From positions 176,270-240,269 of the forward strand of contig MU005959.1 in assembly GCA_010093745.1 (NCBI GenBank): 64,000 bases of DNA, read 5' to 3'. This DNA is from Piedraia hortae CBS 480.64 (Eukaryota). Made by a program: the position numbers and the translations under genes. The notes below the pieces were generated by a model. That model did not search any database. It was given only the letters and a program-made list of their open reading frames with translations, and was not told the origin of the DNA. Within the stretch, counting starts at the first letter, position 1, and every line of letters starts with the position of its first letter. Positions 24,378-35,711 of the stretch are shown here, piece after piece.

Positions 24378-26684
24378 TCACTTCTCAGGAGATGCATATG
24401 CTTCGTCGGAATCCGCCAACGCCTCCATGATGCATTCATAACACAGGACAAATTGGCGTAGGCTCTGTACCATCGAAAGCCTTTGATTACGAAACTCTTC
24501 GACCGTCTTCTCTATTAGATCGAGATCCTGACCCAAAGTCCACGAACCATCCACGTCTAGTGGGTCTGGAGCAGGTTGGCTGTCTTTTAAATACTGCTTG
24601 CGCCTCATGCGCTGTCGTTTGATCATGTCCAATACCGTGTCTACCGTGCAAAATGATCCAGTGCGGCCACAACCGGCAGAGCAGTGAACCAGGACCGGAC
24701 GGGCCCCTTTTACTTCGGGCTCGTTAACCGATCTCTTATTGTCGACCATCCTGACATATGCATCTGCATGCTCCACCAGTCCCAAAAGGTGGGCGGGATG
24801 AGCTGGAGCTCCGAAATCCGGCCACGAGGAATATTGCAGCTGCGTCACCTCGCGTCGCGATGCTGTTGGAAAGTCATCGTGGGTCAAAGTGAACTTCCTA
24901 ATGATGACATGAGTTTGCTCGCCAGATTTCTCGCCCGGATTGGGCTGCGACGAGCTGCGTCGAACCATGATCGGTCGCCTTTCTTTTGGTTTGTGAATCT
25001 TCAACGACCTGTTCATACCTAGGCTCGCGCGACTCTCTTTCAGCAGCTCCAGATTGACTCGCCCGTACTTTTTCTGATCCCAGTAGTTATGGGCCTTTAC
25101 CTGGGCCCCTTCCTTTTCGGCCGTCAGCATAACAATCACGCGTACGTCTTGTTGCCAGACGACATCCCAAAAGTCTGAAAATGTGGCCGGAATCGGCGCC
25201 TGGGTGCTGATGTATTGCTTCCAACTCCACTGGGACTGCACATGGTTTGCATTGATGTAATCGCAGTGAGACGGACCCTGCAGCTTGACTCTGGAGTGCT
25301 CAAAGGGCCAAATGTTGTTGTAACGATTCTTGGCCCCTTCTTCTATTCCGGCAATCTGAATGGCTTTCCCTTCGGGTCGTTTCCGTCCTGGTGAGGCATA
25401 TGAGACGTTGGACGACAAAGCCTGTTCCATTCGCTTCTTCTCTCTGCGCTCAATGGCCTCGAACTTGGCCGCCACACTCCTGCCTTGGTCCTTAGGGTCA
25501 GCTGCTAGACGAAGCCATCTTGGGAAGCTTTTGTCTTTTGCTCTTTCTGGTTTATTCAAGGCGATCTGGCCCACGCCACCAATAAGATCCATGTTCTGAC
25601 GAATGTTCCCAAAGAAGGGGTTTACTGGCTGGTCGCTGTCGGGAATCGGACAGCCTCCAATAACGGGTGCCACAGGTGGGCCTCCATCGGCTCGGGAGGC
25701 GTTCGAAGCAGCCATGGTCGGCCCGCACTCTGTGTGGGAAGCAAATTTCTTGTTAAACTCATTGAAACCACCTTCGATTACATGCACAATGCCTTTGTAC
25801 CCTTCGTTTTCAAATTTCTTCAACGTGTTGACGCAGATGGAAGAGTCTTTGGCCTGGGTAGAAGAAGAGTCGTAGACAATGATGTAATTGCTCTTATGCC
25901 AGCTTTCAAAGCGACTCCTCTGATCCTCTAGTTTGAATGTCTCGGTGAGTTTTTGAATATTAAACGATGGCCGCTTCAGCAGCGTTGTTGGAATGCAGAG
26001 GTTCAATGCGCCTATGATATGGGCAACCGTGTATTGCGTAGCCACGCGCAAGTCCAAGACCAAGATGCTTTCAGACTGAGACTCGAGCAGATTTACAACG
26101 TGCTGGGGCGTCACAAACAAGGACGGCTGATCTTTACCGCGCACTTGAGGAGGTAGAGTGGCTGCTCTGTCCGTTTTGGGATCAGCTACAGGGTCGTTGG
26201 AGCCCGTTGTGCGGAGTCGCGGGTAGCTCTGTTGTTTTTCAAGTCGATCAAAACTGGCAGGTGAACCTTTCCTAACCGGTTCATCCTGAGCAGCCGACCC
26301 GGGAGACAGCAGTCGCTTGTTAGGCGATCGCGAGAGTTCTCCAATGGAAGGATCCAGATAGTTTTTACCTTTTGTGTCTTCTGCCACCGAGTCTCTTTTG
26401 CACTGGCCAAGCCCGCCTAGTCCGCTTAGGGCAAAGGTCTTGGTCTCAGACTGTCGCTGGAATGCATCATATTCGGGATTCTCGTTTAGCGGCACGAGGC
26501 CCGGCGTGCTCCGCGAAATTGACGACGGCAGAACCCACGGCGTCTTGGCATGATGCGGCGACTGATCAGCAAAGGCATTGCTGTCGGTCTGGGAGCTGAA
26601 GTAGTTGGGACTGTTCGTCTTTGGCTTCGTTTCACGTAGAGACTGGTATGACTGGACTCGCGCTTGGGCGTTTGGCGGCATCAT
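24378..26684 (-). CDS. Protein tyrosine phosphatase with rhodanese domain (Pyp1/Ptp2-like MAPK phosphatase)
   Basis: LVLDLR..HIIGALNLCIPTTLLKR rhodanese domain; KNRYNNI, DYINAN, WPDFG, VHCSAGCGRTG, QRLSMVQ. Confidence 0.93.
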   Translation of the reverse strand: MMPPNAQARVQSYQSLRETKPKTNSPNYFSSQTDSNAFADQSPHHAKTPWVLPSSISRSTPGLVPLNENPEYDAFQRQSETKTFALSGLGGLGQCKRDSVAEDTKGKNYLDPSIGELSRSPNKRLLSPGSAAQDEPVRKGSPASFDRLEKQQSYPRLRTTGSNDPVADPKTDRAATLPPQVRGKDQPSLFVTPQHVVNLLESQSESILVLDLRVATQYTVAHIIGALNLCIPTTLLKRPSFNIQKLTETFKLEDQRSRFESWHKSNYIIVYDSSSTQAKDSSICVNTLKKFENEGYKGIVHVIEGGFNEFNKKFASHTECGPTMAASNASRADGGPPVAPVIGGCPIPDSDQPVNPFFGNIRQNMDLIGGVGQIALNKPERAKDKSFPRWLRLAADPKDQGRSVAAKFEAIERREKKRMEQALSSNVSYASPGRKRPEGKAIQIAGIEEGAKNRYNNIWPFEHSRVKLQGPSHCDYINANHVQSQWSWKQYISTQAPIPATFSDFWDVVWQQDVRVIVMLTAEKEGAQVKAHNYWDQKKYGRVNLELLKESRASLGMNRSLKIHKPKERRPIMVRRSSSQPNPGEKSGEQTHVIIRKFTLTHDDFPTASRREVTQLQYSSWPDFGAPAHPAHLLGLVEHADAYVRMVDNKRSVNEPEVKGARPVLVHCSAGCGRTGSFCTVDTVLDMIKRQRMRRKQYLKDSQPAPDPLDVDGSWTLGQDLDLIEKTVEEFRNQRLSMVQSLRQFVLCYECIMEALADSDEAYASPEK

Positions 26685-26768
26685 TATATTAGGGAAAGCA
26701 AGGCAGTCGTCGTTGGGGATATCTTAGTGATGGATTGACATCGCGGTTCCGAACCCTGCGGCGAAGAA

Positions 26769-26776
26769 TGACGTCA
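26769..26776. promoter_or_regulatory. Palindromic CRE (TGACGTCA) upstream of the PTP gene
   Basis: Perfect ATF/CREB site 85 bp upstream of the annotated ATG. Confidence 0.35.
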
Positions 26777-28037
26777 CGAATGAGCTCATCGCCACAAACC
26801 CGACAGCATCCTGCTACGTTGTCGTGGCCATGATTGTCCACCGCAGCTCTAGATTCGGTTGGTGAAAGTATCGTTCAGCCGGTCGAGAGTGCTGGAGAAA
26901 TCAGTGGCGCGTAGGCGGATAGAAGCGAGCATCTTCTGGCAGGTGAAACGCAAGCGACCGCATTTGGGACATGTGTACGCCAGCTCAGCGTGGTGGTAGG
27001 GAAGGCCTCTACAGGTAGGTGAGCGGAGTCTATATAGCTGTCCATCGGTCGCTTTATCCCGATCCAAAATTTGCTCCTGCGGCACAGTGAACGTGTGCCG
27101 ATATCCGTCCGGCAGTTGATTGGCCACGTCATGGTCCACCTCCCGCAACCGAGAGTTTGATTGGCGCGCGATGGTTGAGCTCGCATAGTTCTTCAATAGA
27201 AGTCAAGGCTGTCGCCTGATGGCCCGGTGTTTAGCTCCACCACTGTAGGCCAGGTAGACGAAGCATCTCTCCGATGGACCATCAAGGTCTACGTCCAAAT
27301 TCAATGGAGAGCCGAATGAAGGTCAAACACAGACAACAACTCCGATCTTACTGCAGCTTCATAATCTAGGTAGAGTCAAGGACGACAGATGCCCATATGA
27401 TAGGCTCGCTATTCAGTGGCAGATGTATCTATATGAGGGGCGGAGCGCCACCAGTACCATAGTGAGACTGACGTAGACAGCGTTTTCCAGCAATTGAAGA
27501 CATTTTACTTGATTATGGAGACCAGCTCAACACTTTGCATGCAGATCGTTGATGCCATCGATGAAACCCATTGCCCGAGACAGACGCGCATAAAAACAAC
27601 CCACTTTGTAAGCGTTTCATCTGCAAGTTTGGTCTGACGTTGAGCCAAACCCATATGCCCTTGCTGCCGGCATATCTGTAGATCCTAACAGCCGGGACAT
27701 ACCCCAAACCCGGGCTGTCGAACGCCCGAGATGACGGTTCCAGACCGACTCGAGTTCGCAACGGCCCTCGGCTTGGAGAAGAATTACGCAGCAGGATGCC
27801 AAATTTGGGTTTTTGGTCACCCAAGAAGGCAAGAAGCAGTAACGCCGCCAGAGGGATCAGACGTGCGTCTGGTTTCACGTCAACTCTGCGGAGACTCCGG
27901 CACTGGCCCCTTCGCAGACGACACACTGGCCCCGTACCCCTGGATTGGCCGCCAAAGTTCTTTGTGACTGTGACATTGCAGAATGTTGACCTAAGACTCT
28001 TCCAAGGCGAACCGTCACCTACCACTCGGCGCGCGCA

Positions 28038-31000
28038 ATGCCCTTCAACACGCTCTCCGTCGCGACGGCCGTGACTCCGTCGGTGGTGGAGACGTACTTC
28101 TCGCACTACTTTAATCGCACTCCTCTGCGCAACAAGCCGACCGCCCACATTTCCTACCACGAAGGCCTGAAACTCATCCGGCAATTTTTGGAGTACAGCT
28201 CGAGGCATTCCGTCGAGGAACTGCAGAGTTTCACAGCGCAATGGGTGCCCACACCGACGTGGATTCGGTCGTACGACAGCGAGATTCACCCGCAGTTCCT
28301 GGAAAGTGCCGCGGACCTGTTGCGCGCGCAGTTGGGCAAGGCCGGGATTGAGAAAGTGGGCGGCCCAACCTGGTGGAAGTGGAGGCAGCCAGGGAAAGAG
28401 CTCAAGGGCGAGTGGATAGAGACGAAGAAGGATTATCTAGAGAGGAAAAAAGTGGGCACCAAGTGCGATCGATGTATCCTCTATATCCATGGTGGCGCCT
28501 ACTACTTTGGCTCTGTCGACGAGCATCGCTACCAGATCCAACGACATGCGCGCAAGCTGAAGGCGAGAGTTCTTGCGCCCCGTTACCGCTTGGCGCCTCA
28601 ATATCCCTTTCCGTGTGGGCTGCAGGACTGCTTGGCTGCTTATCTGTATCTCTTGCAGTTCTTCCAGCCGAACGAGATCCTGCTCGCGGGCGACTCGGCT
28701 GGTGGTGGCATGGTGCTGTCGGTGCTTGTTACGCTCAGAGATCAGGGCTTCCCGCTGCCGGCCGGGACGATTCTGCTGAGCCCATGGGTTGATCTGACTC
28801 ATAGCTTTCCTTCAGCAGCCGGTGAAGGCTCCGGAGATTACATTCCTGCCCACGGCTTCCACCACAAGCCATCTTTGGCCTGGCCACCGCCGCCGAAAGA
28901 CGATGCCAAAGAACCAGCAAAGGCCAGTGCGACTGTGCCCAGCAAGGTGGCCAAGGTACCAACACCCGAGATAGTGACTTCGCCACCTCGCGCTGGGTCA
29001 CCGCAGGATTCGGGGGAGCATCTACATATCCACCTTGATGGCAAAAACGTCGACATCAAGGAGCAGATTCAGCTATACACCACCAATGATCTCATTACAC
29101 ACCCGCTCGTCTCACCAGTCCTGCAGCCGTCCCTCGGCGGGCTCCCTCCCATGCTGATCCAAGTTGGCGGCGCAGAGCTTTTGCGCGATGAGCAGATTTA
29201 TCTGGCACACAAAGCCGCGAATCCCAGAGCTTTCCCTCCAAGCGAAGCCATCATGGCCGAACATGATCCCAAACGAGAACGCCTTTCACGATATCCACCC
29301 ACAGACGTGCAGCTCCAAGTCTGGGAGGATCTCTGCCACGTCCCACACACTCTTTCGTTTACCCGTCCCGCAAAATACATGTATCGGGCAGTGGCACAGT
29401 TTGGGGCCTGGGCACTTGCGCACGCTCAGCAACGGAATATCGAGATCCCAAACGACGATGCGGCTTCCATTGTGAGTGATGGGCCAGAGGACAGCGAGAG
29501 CGAGCAAGCTCTTTCGGCCGATCCTGACAAGCGGGAACCGGGATTCGAAACGACAGATGTCTCGGTTTCTACGGGTGCCGTGGGCAAAGCGGGAGAGCCT
29601 TTGCCGCCGTTCAGGGACCACATGATTCGCGAGCAAGTCACGCGGCACGGGGTAATCTATCCGTTGGCTTCGCAGTCTGAGATTGCGGCATTGGCACTGG
29701 ACCCATCGTCGATTGGACGTATCAAACCTGGCCCCGTCCGCAAGTGGCTTACCAAAAACCAAGAATGGGAGGCCCGATTTTCCAACGAAAAGCGTAAAGT
29801 GCAAAGGAAGCGGGCCAAGGAGGCTGCTAAAGGGTACGACGGGATCTCAGGCGAGCGTCCTCCGCCGAGTGCCCTTGTTGGGAGAAGAAATCGTGGGGTG
29901 GCGCCGGAAGAGAAGAAGAAGGGCAAGTCCTGGGGTCTGGCTATGTGGGCGGGATGGGGCAGTAGCCATGACGAAAACACCCTTGATCGGGAACAGAAAC
30001 TTGCCAACGAGGCCGAGAATCAGCCCAGTCTCAAACCAGCCGAAACTATACCCCGCAGCACTCCAGTCTCGGAGCAAGTCGTTCATCCGCTACGGCTCAA
30101 TGCCCCTCCCTCCGGTCCCGGTGGTCATGTAGCGGCGTCAAAATCCCCAGGCCTGGACGTAGAGCGAGGACGGACTCTAACCCGCAAAGTGTCTGGCATC
30201 AGACTGACCTCTCGACGGAGCCCATCTTTGGATACTACGATATCATCTACCACAGCGAGCCTGGCGCGACTTCCATCGCCCATGTCGAATACCAGTGCCA
30301 GATTGGGCGTGGATGCATTGACTGTAGCCTCTGCAAGACCACGGACTGCCAACGCAATGGATTGCAAGGCCGAAAAGAACACAATGCTCCTCAAGAGGGC
30401 ATCATCTTGTCATAATATGGGGCCTGTCGAGTTGCCAGCTTGTTCCGATAGCTCCGACACAACGTCTGTAGCAGATCGGGAGACTGATGGAAGCATGGCT
30501 CACAGCGATGAGCCGTTACCAGACACTCCCGCCACAGAAGCCGGGCAGGGCCTCAGCAGTTCTCCGCCATTCATAACTCTTGATTCGCGAAAGTCTGCTT
30601 TTGGCTCTTTGGGTGCTGATGGAAAATTGAATCCATTTATGACTTCAGTTGCCAGTACACCGTCCAAGGAAGAGCAGCCGGCATTGCCTGAGAGACCTGC
30701 CCTCAAAAGGACTCCATCGAGAGAGCCTGTTTCGGGAACAAGTTTATCTGTACGTCGAAAGGAAACACCGGCAAACAGGGCAGTGGCGGCGACAGAAGAG
30801 AGATATGAACTATCTGCCACTCCCGTTAAGCAGCCACCAGCAAGGGCATTTCCAACTCGACAGTCGAGTCTCCGCGCACCTGAGCGAGCGCTAAGTACCA
30901 AACGCAGCGCCACTCGCTTGCAATTCTGGAAAAACCTCGAGCACAATCCCGTCAACCCTTCATCAGACTACTCACCCAGCGTTTCCGCGTCACCGCAGGT

Positions 31001-31805
31001 GTTTGAAGCAGACAGTCGCATGCTCTCGCACGCGAAGAAACCCAGCATCGTCGAATGCCGCAAGCCTATAGTATCCCGCAAAGCCAGCCGACGGGAAATG
31101 CACGAGCTGGACGGCAATCCTACCGAAAGAGGATCCCCAAGCCGCCAGCATAGTTCTCTGAGGAAGCCGACCGTGGAAGCGGAGAGCATCCCTGCCCGAG
31201 AGCGCAAGGCGAGCACGTCTGGAAGCCGCATCACCGGCCTTCGAAAACTCAGCACGGCCGACCTGCGCAAGCATCTTTACAGTCACAAAAACAGTGTGTC
31301 CTCGCTCAGTGCTCCCCAGCACAACAAGCCTCTACCTGCAGACCCTCCGGCAGCGGCACAGGAGAGTTCGCCGCCAAGCATCTCATCATACACACACAAA
31401 CCCTCTCCCAGCACAGCCAGCTTCGTCTCCATTGCGAGGAAACCCGTCCCTCTACCCCAAATTACGGTGCCCTCGGGGCCTCGACTGCCGCCCAAAGACA
31501 CAGATCCCACGGACCTCTGTCCCAAGAACCCCGACGATGCCTCGCCGCGAAAACTCCCTCCTTCGCCTGTGAAACTCAGCCGTGTCACCGACCCAGTGGA
31601 TGTTGATGCCACGGAAAACGAGGGACAAGGCAACGCGAAAGAAGATTGCCTATCACCTACAAAAGACGGACAATATTCCCTAGATCCGCCGCTCTCGCCC
31701 TGGGTAAGGCTGAGCGTTCATGCCCCTACACTTGGTGAGCTGTCATTTGGTGGGGACTTGGGACTCGGGCTGGGAGATATCACGGGGTTTTCAACCAGTG
31801 ATTGA
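28038..31805 (+). CDS. Alpha/beta-hydrolase (HSL-type lipase/esterase) with long disordered C-terminal extension
   Basis: LYIHGGAY oxyanion motif, YRLAPQYPFP, GDSAGG nucleophile, LLSPWVDL, ELLRDE. Confidence 0.88.
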   Translation: MPFNTLSVATAVTPSVVETYFSHYFNRTPLRNKPTAHISYHEGLKLIRQFLEYSSRHSVEELQSFTAQWVPTPTWIRSYDSEIHPQFLESAADLLRAQLGKAGIEKVGGPTWWKWRQPGKELKGEWIETKKDYLERKKVGTKCDRCILYIHGGAYYFGSVDEHRYQIQRHARKLKARVLAPRYRLAPQYPFPCGLQDCLAAYLYLLQFFQPNEILLAGDSAGGGMVLSVLVTLRDQGFPLPAGTILLSPWVDLTHSFPSAAGEGSGDYIPAHGFHHKPSLAWPPPPKDDAKEPAKASATVPSKVAKVPTPEIVTSPPRAGSPQDSGEHLHIHLDGKNVDIKEQIQLYTTNDLITHPLVSPVLQPSLGGLPPMLIQVGGAELLRDEQIYLAHKAANPRAFPPSEAIMAEHDPKRERLSRYPPTDVQLQVWEDLCHVPHTLSFTRPAKYMYRAVAQFGAWALAHAQQRNIEIPNDDAASIVSDGPEDSESEQALSADPDKREPGFETTDVSVSTGAVGKAGEPLPPFRDHMIREQVTRHGVIYPLASQSEIAALALDPSSIGRIKPGPVRKWLTKNQEWEARFSNEKRKVQRKRAKEAAKGYDGISGERPPPSALVGRRNRGVAPEEKKKGKSWGLAMWAGWGSSHDENTLDREQKLANEAENQPSLKPAETIPRSTPVSEQVVHPLRLNAPPSGPGGHVAASKSPGLDVERGRTLTRKVSGIRLTSRRSPSLDTTISSTTASLARLPSPMSNTSARLGVDALTVASARPRTANAMDCKAEKNTMLLKRASSCHNMGPVELPACSDSSDTTSVADRETDGSMAHSDEPLPDTPATEAGQGLSSSPPFITLDSRKSAFGSLGADGKLNPFMTSVASTPSKEEQPALPERPALKRTPSREPVSGTSLSVRRKETPANRAVAATEERYELSATPVKQPPARAFPTRQSSLRAPERALSTKRSATRLQFWKNLEHNPVNPSSDYSPSVSASPQVFEADSRMLSHAKKPSIVECRKPIVSRKASRREMHELDGNPTERGSPSRQHSSLRKPTVEAESIPARERKASTSGSRITGLRKLSTADLRKHLYSHKNSVSSLSAPQHNKPLPADPPAAAQESSPPSISSYTHKPSPSTASFVSIARKPVPLPQITVPSGPRLPPKDTDPTDLCPKNPDDASPRKLPPSPVKLSRVTDPVDVDATENEGQGNAKEDCLSPTKDGQYSLDPPLSPWVRLSVHAPTLGELSFGGDLGLGLGDITGFSTSD

Positions 31806-31994
31806 ATGTACGATTAGCCAGAATAATGCCTACGTGTGACGAGAGGGATGTCTGTATATAAAAAACCAGGACGATTGGGTCAGGGGCAAGTGTACAATAG
31901 CATCAAACATCAACCCACCCCCCACTGTAGTTGGTCTACCCTAACGCCAAGCGGGGCAACCTCACCCCACCTCCAAGCGATCGCATACTTCTCC

Positions 31995-34900
31995 ATGGCC
32001 TACCTAGCACCCATCCACCGACCATCAAGCATACGACACGCGCTCCGCCTCAACCTTACCTCCCCCACCTCCACGGACCTCGTCATCGCCAAATCCAACC
32101 GTCTCGAAATCTGGTCCCCGTCATCCGCGTCCTCAGAGGGCTACACCCTCCTCCACTCTTGTACCCTCTACGGCAGGATCCTCCTCCTCGAATGGATCCG
32201 CCCATCATCCAGCACGAACGACCATCTCTTCGTCGTCACAGACCAATACAACTACTTCACCCTCAGCTGGGACTCTGAGCACCACACGCTAAAAACCTCG
32301 CGCGAATACGTCTGCTTCGCGGAAAAAGCCGCGCGGGATGGACAGTTTGGAGACCGCGTGCGTGTAGATCCGACAGGGAGGTTCATGGCGATTGAATGTT
32401 ACGAGGGGATCGTGAATGTGCTCCCGCTTACGCGGGCACCGAAGAAGGGGAAGCAGAGGGTTGGAGGGGAGGAAGTTGTGGTTGAGGTCCAGGAGCAGAT
32501 CCCCGTCCGGATTCCAGAGTTGGGTGTTAGGGATTCGTGTTTTGTTGTTTCGAGGGATGATAAGGCGAGGTTGATGTTGTTGTGTGAGGATGGTGATGAC
32601 GTGGAGTTGAAGATGAGGGTTTTGGAGTATGGACCTTCGTTGAAGGGGGAGATGGCTACTGCGGATTTGGAGAGGGTGGAGAGGGTTGAGGGGAGGGTTG
32701 AGGCCGGGGCGAGTCATCTAATTCCACTTCCGTTGGGGGTGTTGGTTTTGGGGGAGACGAGTATTGCGTATGCGGATGGGAAGAAGGTTGTGACGTCGCA
32801 GCCGCTTGAGGAGCCGACGGTCTGGGTGGCGTGGTGTATGATCGATAACCAGCGGTATGTCCTCGCAGATGACTTTGGACGCGCGTTTATTGTGCTGGTT
32901 TTGGTTGGTGAGAGTGGGGCGTATACGGGCCATTTGCTTAAGAGGCTTGGCAGTACGAGTCGCGCGAATGTGATGGTTTACCTTGGGGAGGGGAGGCTTT
33001 TTGTGGGCTCGCATCAGGGAGACTCGCAGGTGGTGGAGATGGTCGAGGATGGGTTGAATGTTATCCAGACTTTCAGCAACCTCGCGCCCGTCTTGGATTT
33101 TACTGTCATGGATCTGGGGAATCGTTCCCCCGATGCGATTGTTAATGAGTTTTCGTCAGGTCAGGCGAGGATTGTTACGGGATCGGGGGCGTTTGCCGAT
33201 GGCTCGTTGAGGTCAATACGCTCGGGTGTGAACCTGCAAAGGGTTGGGAGCCTTGGTGATATGGGAGCGCCTATCGAGGCCCTTTTCAGTCTACGACGTG
33301 GAGCAAGTGCCGATACCCTGCTCATAAGTTCGGCTGCTGGGTCACGAGTCTTTTGCTTCGACTCAGAAGGGAACGTAAACGAAGCTGATGCCCTTGGTGG
33401 CTTGGTTTTGGACGAGCAAACCGTCTATGCGGCAAACGTTGATGATCTTCTCATCCAAGTCACCCCATCTACCGTTCTAGCAACAAACCTGGAGGACGGC
33501 GTAGCTTTTGATTCGTGGCAGCCTCCGACGTCGAAGAGCATCATAGCTGTTGCGGCGGTTGGGGAGAAGCTGCTGATTTCGATCGAGGGAACTCAGTTGA
33601 TTGTCCTGGCTCTCGAGAATGGACACTTCAATGTGCTGGCCGAGAGGACATTCGACGACGATAAGCAAGTCTCATGCATCGCATTCTCACCGAGTGCCCC
33701 GAATGTTTGCTTTGCCGGGTTCTGGTCCAGCGGCGAAGTGTCTAGCCTAGATGTGAAAACGTTGGATACTATTGCAAGTCAACGTGTTGCCGAAGGCGAA
33801 ATTATCCTTCCACGCTCCCTGGCAGTGACCCAAATAGTGTCGAACCAGCCTCCTACACTCCTCGTAGGCCTTGCAGATGGCACTGTGGTTAGTTACCTTA
33901 TCGAGTCCGCCGAGCAGCCTTTTGCAGCCCGGAGAAGCATTATCCTCGGGGCACAACAACCAGAGCTCGCCATCATTCCTCGTAGCGACTCTGGAACGGA
34001 AAACGTCTTTGTCTCTTCGGAATACTCGTCCCTCATATACGGGTCAGAAGGACACATTGCGTACTCTGCCATCACCGACGAAGACGCACAGAGGGTCTGC
34101 AGCTTTGACTGTGAAGCTTTTCCTGGTGCAATTGCCATGGCGGTCGATTCAGAAGTGAAATTGGCCATCATCGGCGAGGAGCGCATAACGAAGATTCAGA
34201 CTTTAAAAGTGGGCGAATCCGCACGCAGGATGGCGTACAGCGGTGCCTACAAGGCCTTTGGGCTGGGCTGCGTTAAACGGAGCATCGTTGGTGAAGACGA
34301 AGTCCTAGAAAGCCACTTCAAGCTCGTCGACGAAGTCACGTTCAAAGTCCTTGACACATACCCCTTTAACCCGGACGAACTGGTCGAAAGCGTGATTCGA
34401 TGTGCGTTCGAAGATGAAGACACTGACAATGCCAGAGACCGGTTCGTGGTGGGAACCGCACGTCTCGACGACAGCGAACCGGGGGCGAACGAAGGCGGAA
34501 TATACATATTCGAGATCGACGCTCAACGCAAGCTGAAAGTAGTGTGTGTGCATAACACGTATGCCCCGGTTAGATGTCTTGGCATCTGCCACGACCACAT
34601 CGTAGCTGGTCTGGTCAAGACGGTTGTCATATACGAATCCCGCACGGAATCCAATGGTCTTAGGCTCAGTAAGAAAGCAGCCTACCGAACCTCTACAGCA
34701 CCGATCGATCTCTGTGTGAGCGCTGATCACAACACCATCGCCGTTGCCGATCTAATGAAATCCATAACCATCCTCAACTTTGACCCCGCAACTTACGACT
34801 TGACTGAAACCTCTCGACACTTCGACTCAATCTGGACAACAGCCGTAGCGGCCGTCGGCCCTCCAGCAGGAGAAACTACCCCAAGCTACCTCCTCTCTTC

Positions 34901-35372
34901 TGCCTCAGGTCGCCTCATCCTCCTCCAATCCAACACCACAGGCGCCACGGCCCTTGATCGCCGTCACCTCGAGCCCATTAGCGAAATGTCCCTAGGCGAG
35001 GCCATTAACCGCATCCATCCGCTATCCCATAACCTCCACCCCACCTCCTCAGCCATCGTCCTACCCCGCGCTTTCCTCGCTACCGTCAACGGCGGGGTCT
35101 ACATCTTTTGCCACATTGCCGAAGGGAAGAAAGATCTCCTAATCCGTCTCCAAACAGCACTTGCGCGGAGAGTCACTTCGCTGGGCGGTCTTTCGTTTAA
35201 TTCCTGGAGGGGCGGCGGAAACGAATCTGGCCCTGTAAGGTTTGTGGATGGTGAGCTCGTTGAAAGGTTTTTGGAAATGGATCCGGAAATGATGCAGGAA
35301 ATCAGTGCAGAGGTCGACATGGACAGTGTGAAGGTTCGGGAGATTGTAGAGGAGTTGAGGAGGGTTAGATAG
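31995..35372 (+). CDS. DDB1: DNA damage-binding protein 1 (CUL4 adaptor)
   Basis: MAYLAPIHRPSSIRHA start, KSNRLEI, FVGSHQGDSQ, NLAPVLDF, GQARIVTGSGAFADGSLRSIRSG, VADLMKSI, RFVDGELVERFL. Confidence 0.93.
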   Translation: MAYLAPIHRPSSIRHALRLNLTSPTSTDLVIAKSNRLEIWSPSSASSEGYTLLHSCTLYGRILLLEWIRPSSSTNDHLFVVTDQYNYFTLSWDSEHHTLKTSREYVCFAEKAARDGQFGDRVRVDPTGRFMAIECYEGIVNVLPLTRAPKKGKQRVGGEEVVVEVQEQIPVRIPELGVRDSCFVVSRDDKARLMLLCEDGDDVELKMRVLEYGPSLKGEMATADLERVERVEGRVEAGASHLIPLPLGVLVLGETSIAYADGKKVVTSQPLEEPTVWVAWCMIDNQRYVLADDFGRAFIVLVLVGESGAYTGHLLKRLGSTSRANVMVYLGEGRLFVGSHQGDSQVVEMVEDGLNVIQTFSNLAPVLDFTVMDLGNRSPDAIVNEFSSGQARIVTGSGAFADGSLRSIRSGVNLQRVGSLGDMGAPIEALFSLRRGASADTLLISSAAGSRVFCFDSEGNVNEADALGGLVLDEQTVYAANVDDLLIQVTPSTVLATNLEDGVAFDSWQPPTSKSIIAVAAVGEKLLISIEGTQLIVLALENGHFNVLAERTFDDDKQVSCIAFSPSAPNVCFAGFWSSGEVSSLDVKTLDTIASQRVAEGEIILPRSLAVTQIVSNQPPTLLVGLADGTVVSYLIESAEQPFAARRSIILGAQQPELAIIPRSDSGTENVFVSSEYSSLIYGSEGHIAYSAITDEDAQRVCSFDCEAFPGAIAMAVDSEVKLAIIGEERITKIQTLKVGESARRMAYSGAYKAFGLGCVKRSIVGEDEVLESHFKLVDEVTFKVLDTYPFNPDELVESVIRCAFEDEDTDNARDRFVVGTARLDDSEPGANEGGIYIFEIDAQRKLKVVCVHNTYAPVRCLGICHDHIVAGLVKTVVIYESRTESNGLRLSKKAAYRTSTAPIDLCVSADHNTIAVADLMKSITILNFDPATYDLTETSRHFDSIWTTAVAAVGPPAGETTPSYLLSSASGRLILLQSNTTGATALDRRHLEPISEMSLGEAINRIHPLSHNLHPTSSAIVLPRAFLATVNGGVYIFCHIAEGKKDLLIRLQTALARRVTSLGGLSFNSWRGGGNESGPVRFVDGELVERFLEMDPEMMQEISAEVDMDSVKVREIVEELRRVR

Positions 35373-35711
35373 ACCCGTGTATGATTAATGGTAAAAAGAG
35401 GATACGGTTTTTTTTTTTTCTTTCTCGGGTGTACAATGTCCTTTGCTAGGTGGAAATAGCATTTTACAGTGCATATCAAACTGCCATGAACAATAACCAC
35501 CTGTGGTTTGTGTGAATTCCGAGAGAGAAAGATTATCCCCAATCCCTGGCACATTTCGTTTCCCAATCGTCCTTCTCGAATTCATCCATTCCACTAGTTT
35601 CACTCGCATGCAGAAATATAGTTCTACGAACGACCCATGAACGTTGCCATCACCATCCTCAATTTTCATAACAAACAAATACCTCTCTCTCATCTCCAAC
35701 AACATGAAAAC

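Noticed and set aside
26849..27196. 115-aa ORF with CPKC motif in the PTP/lipase divergent region
   Set aside because: Non-ATG start and no complete zinc-finger pattern.
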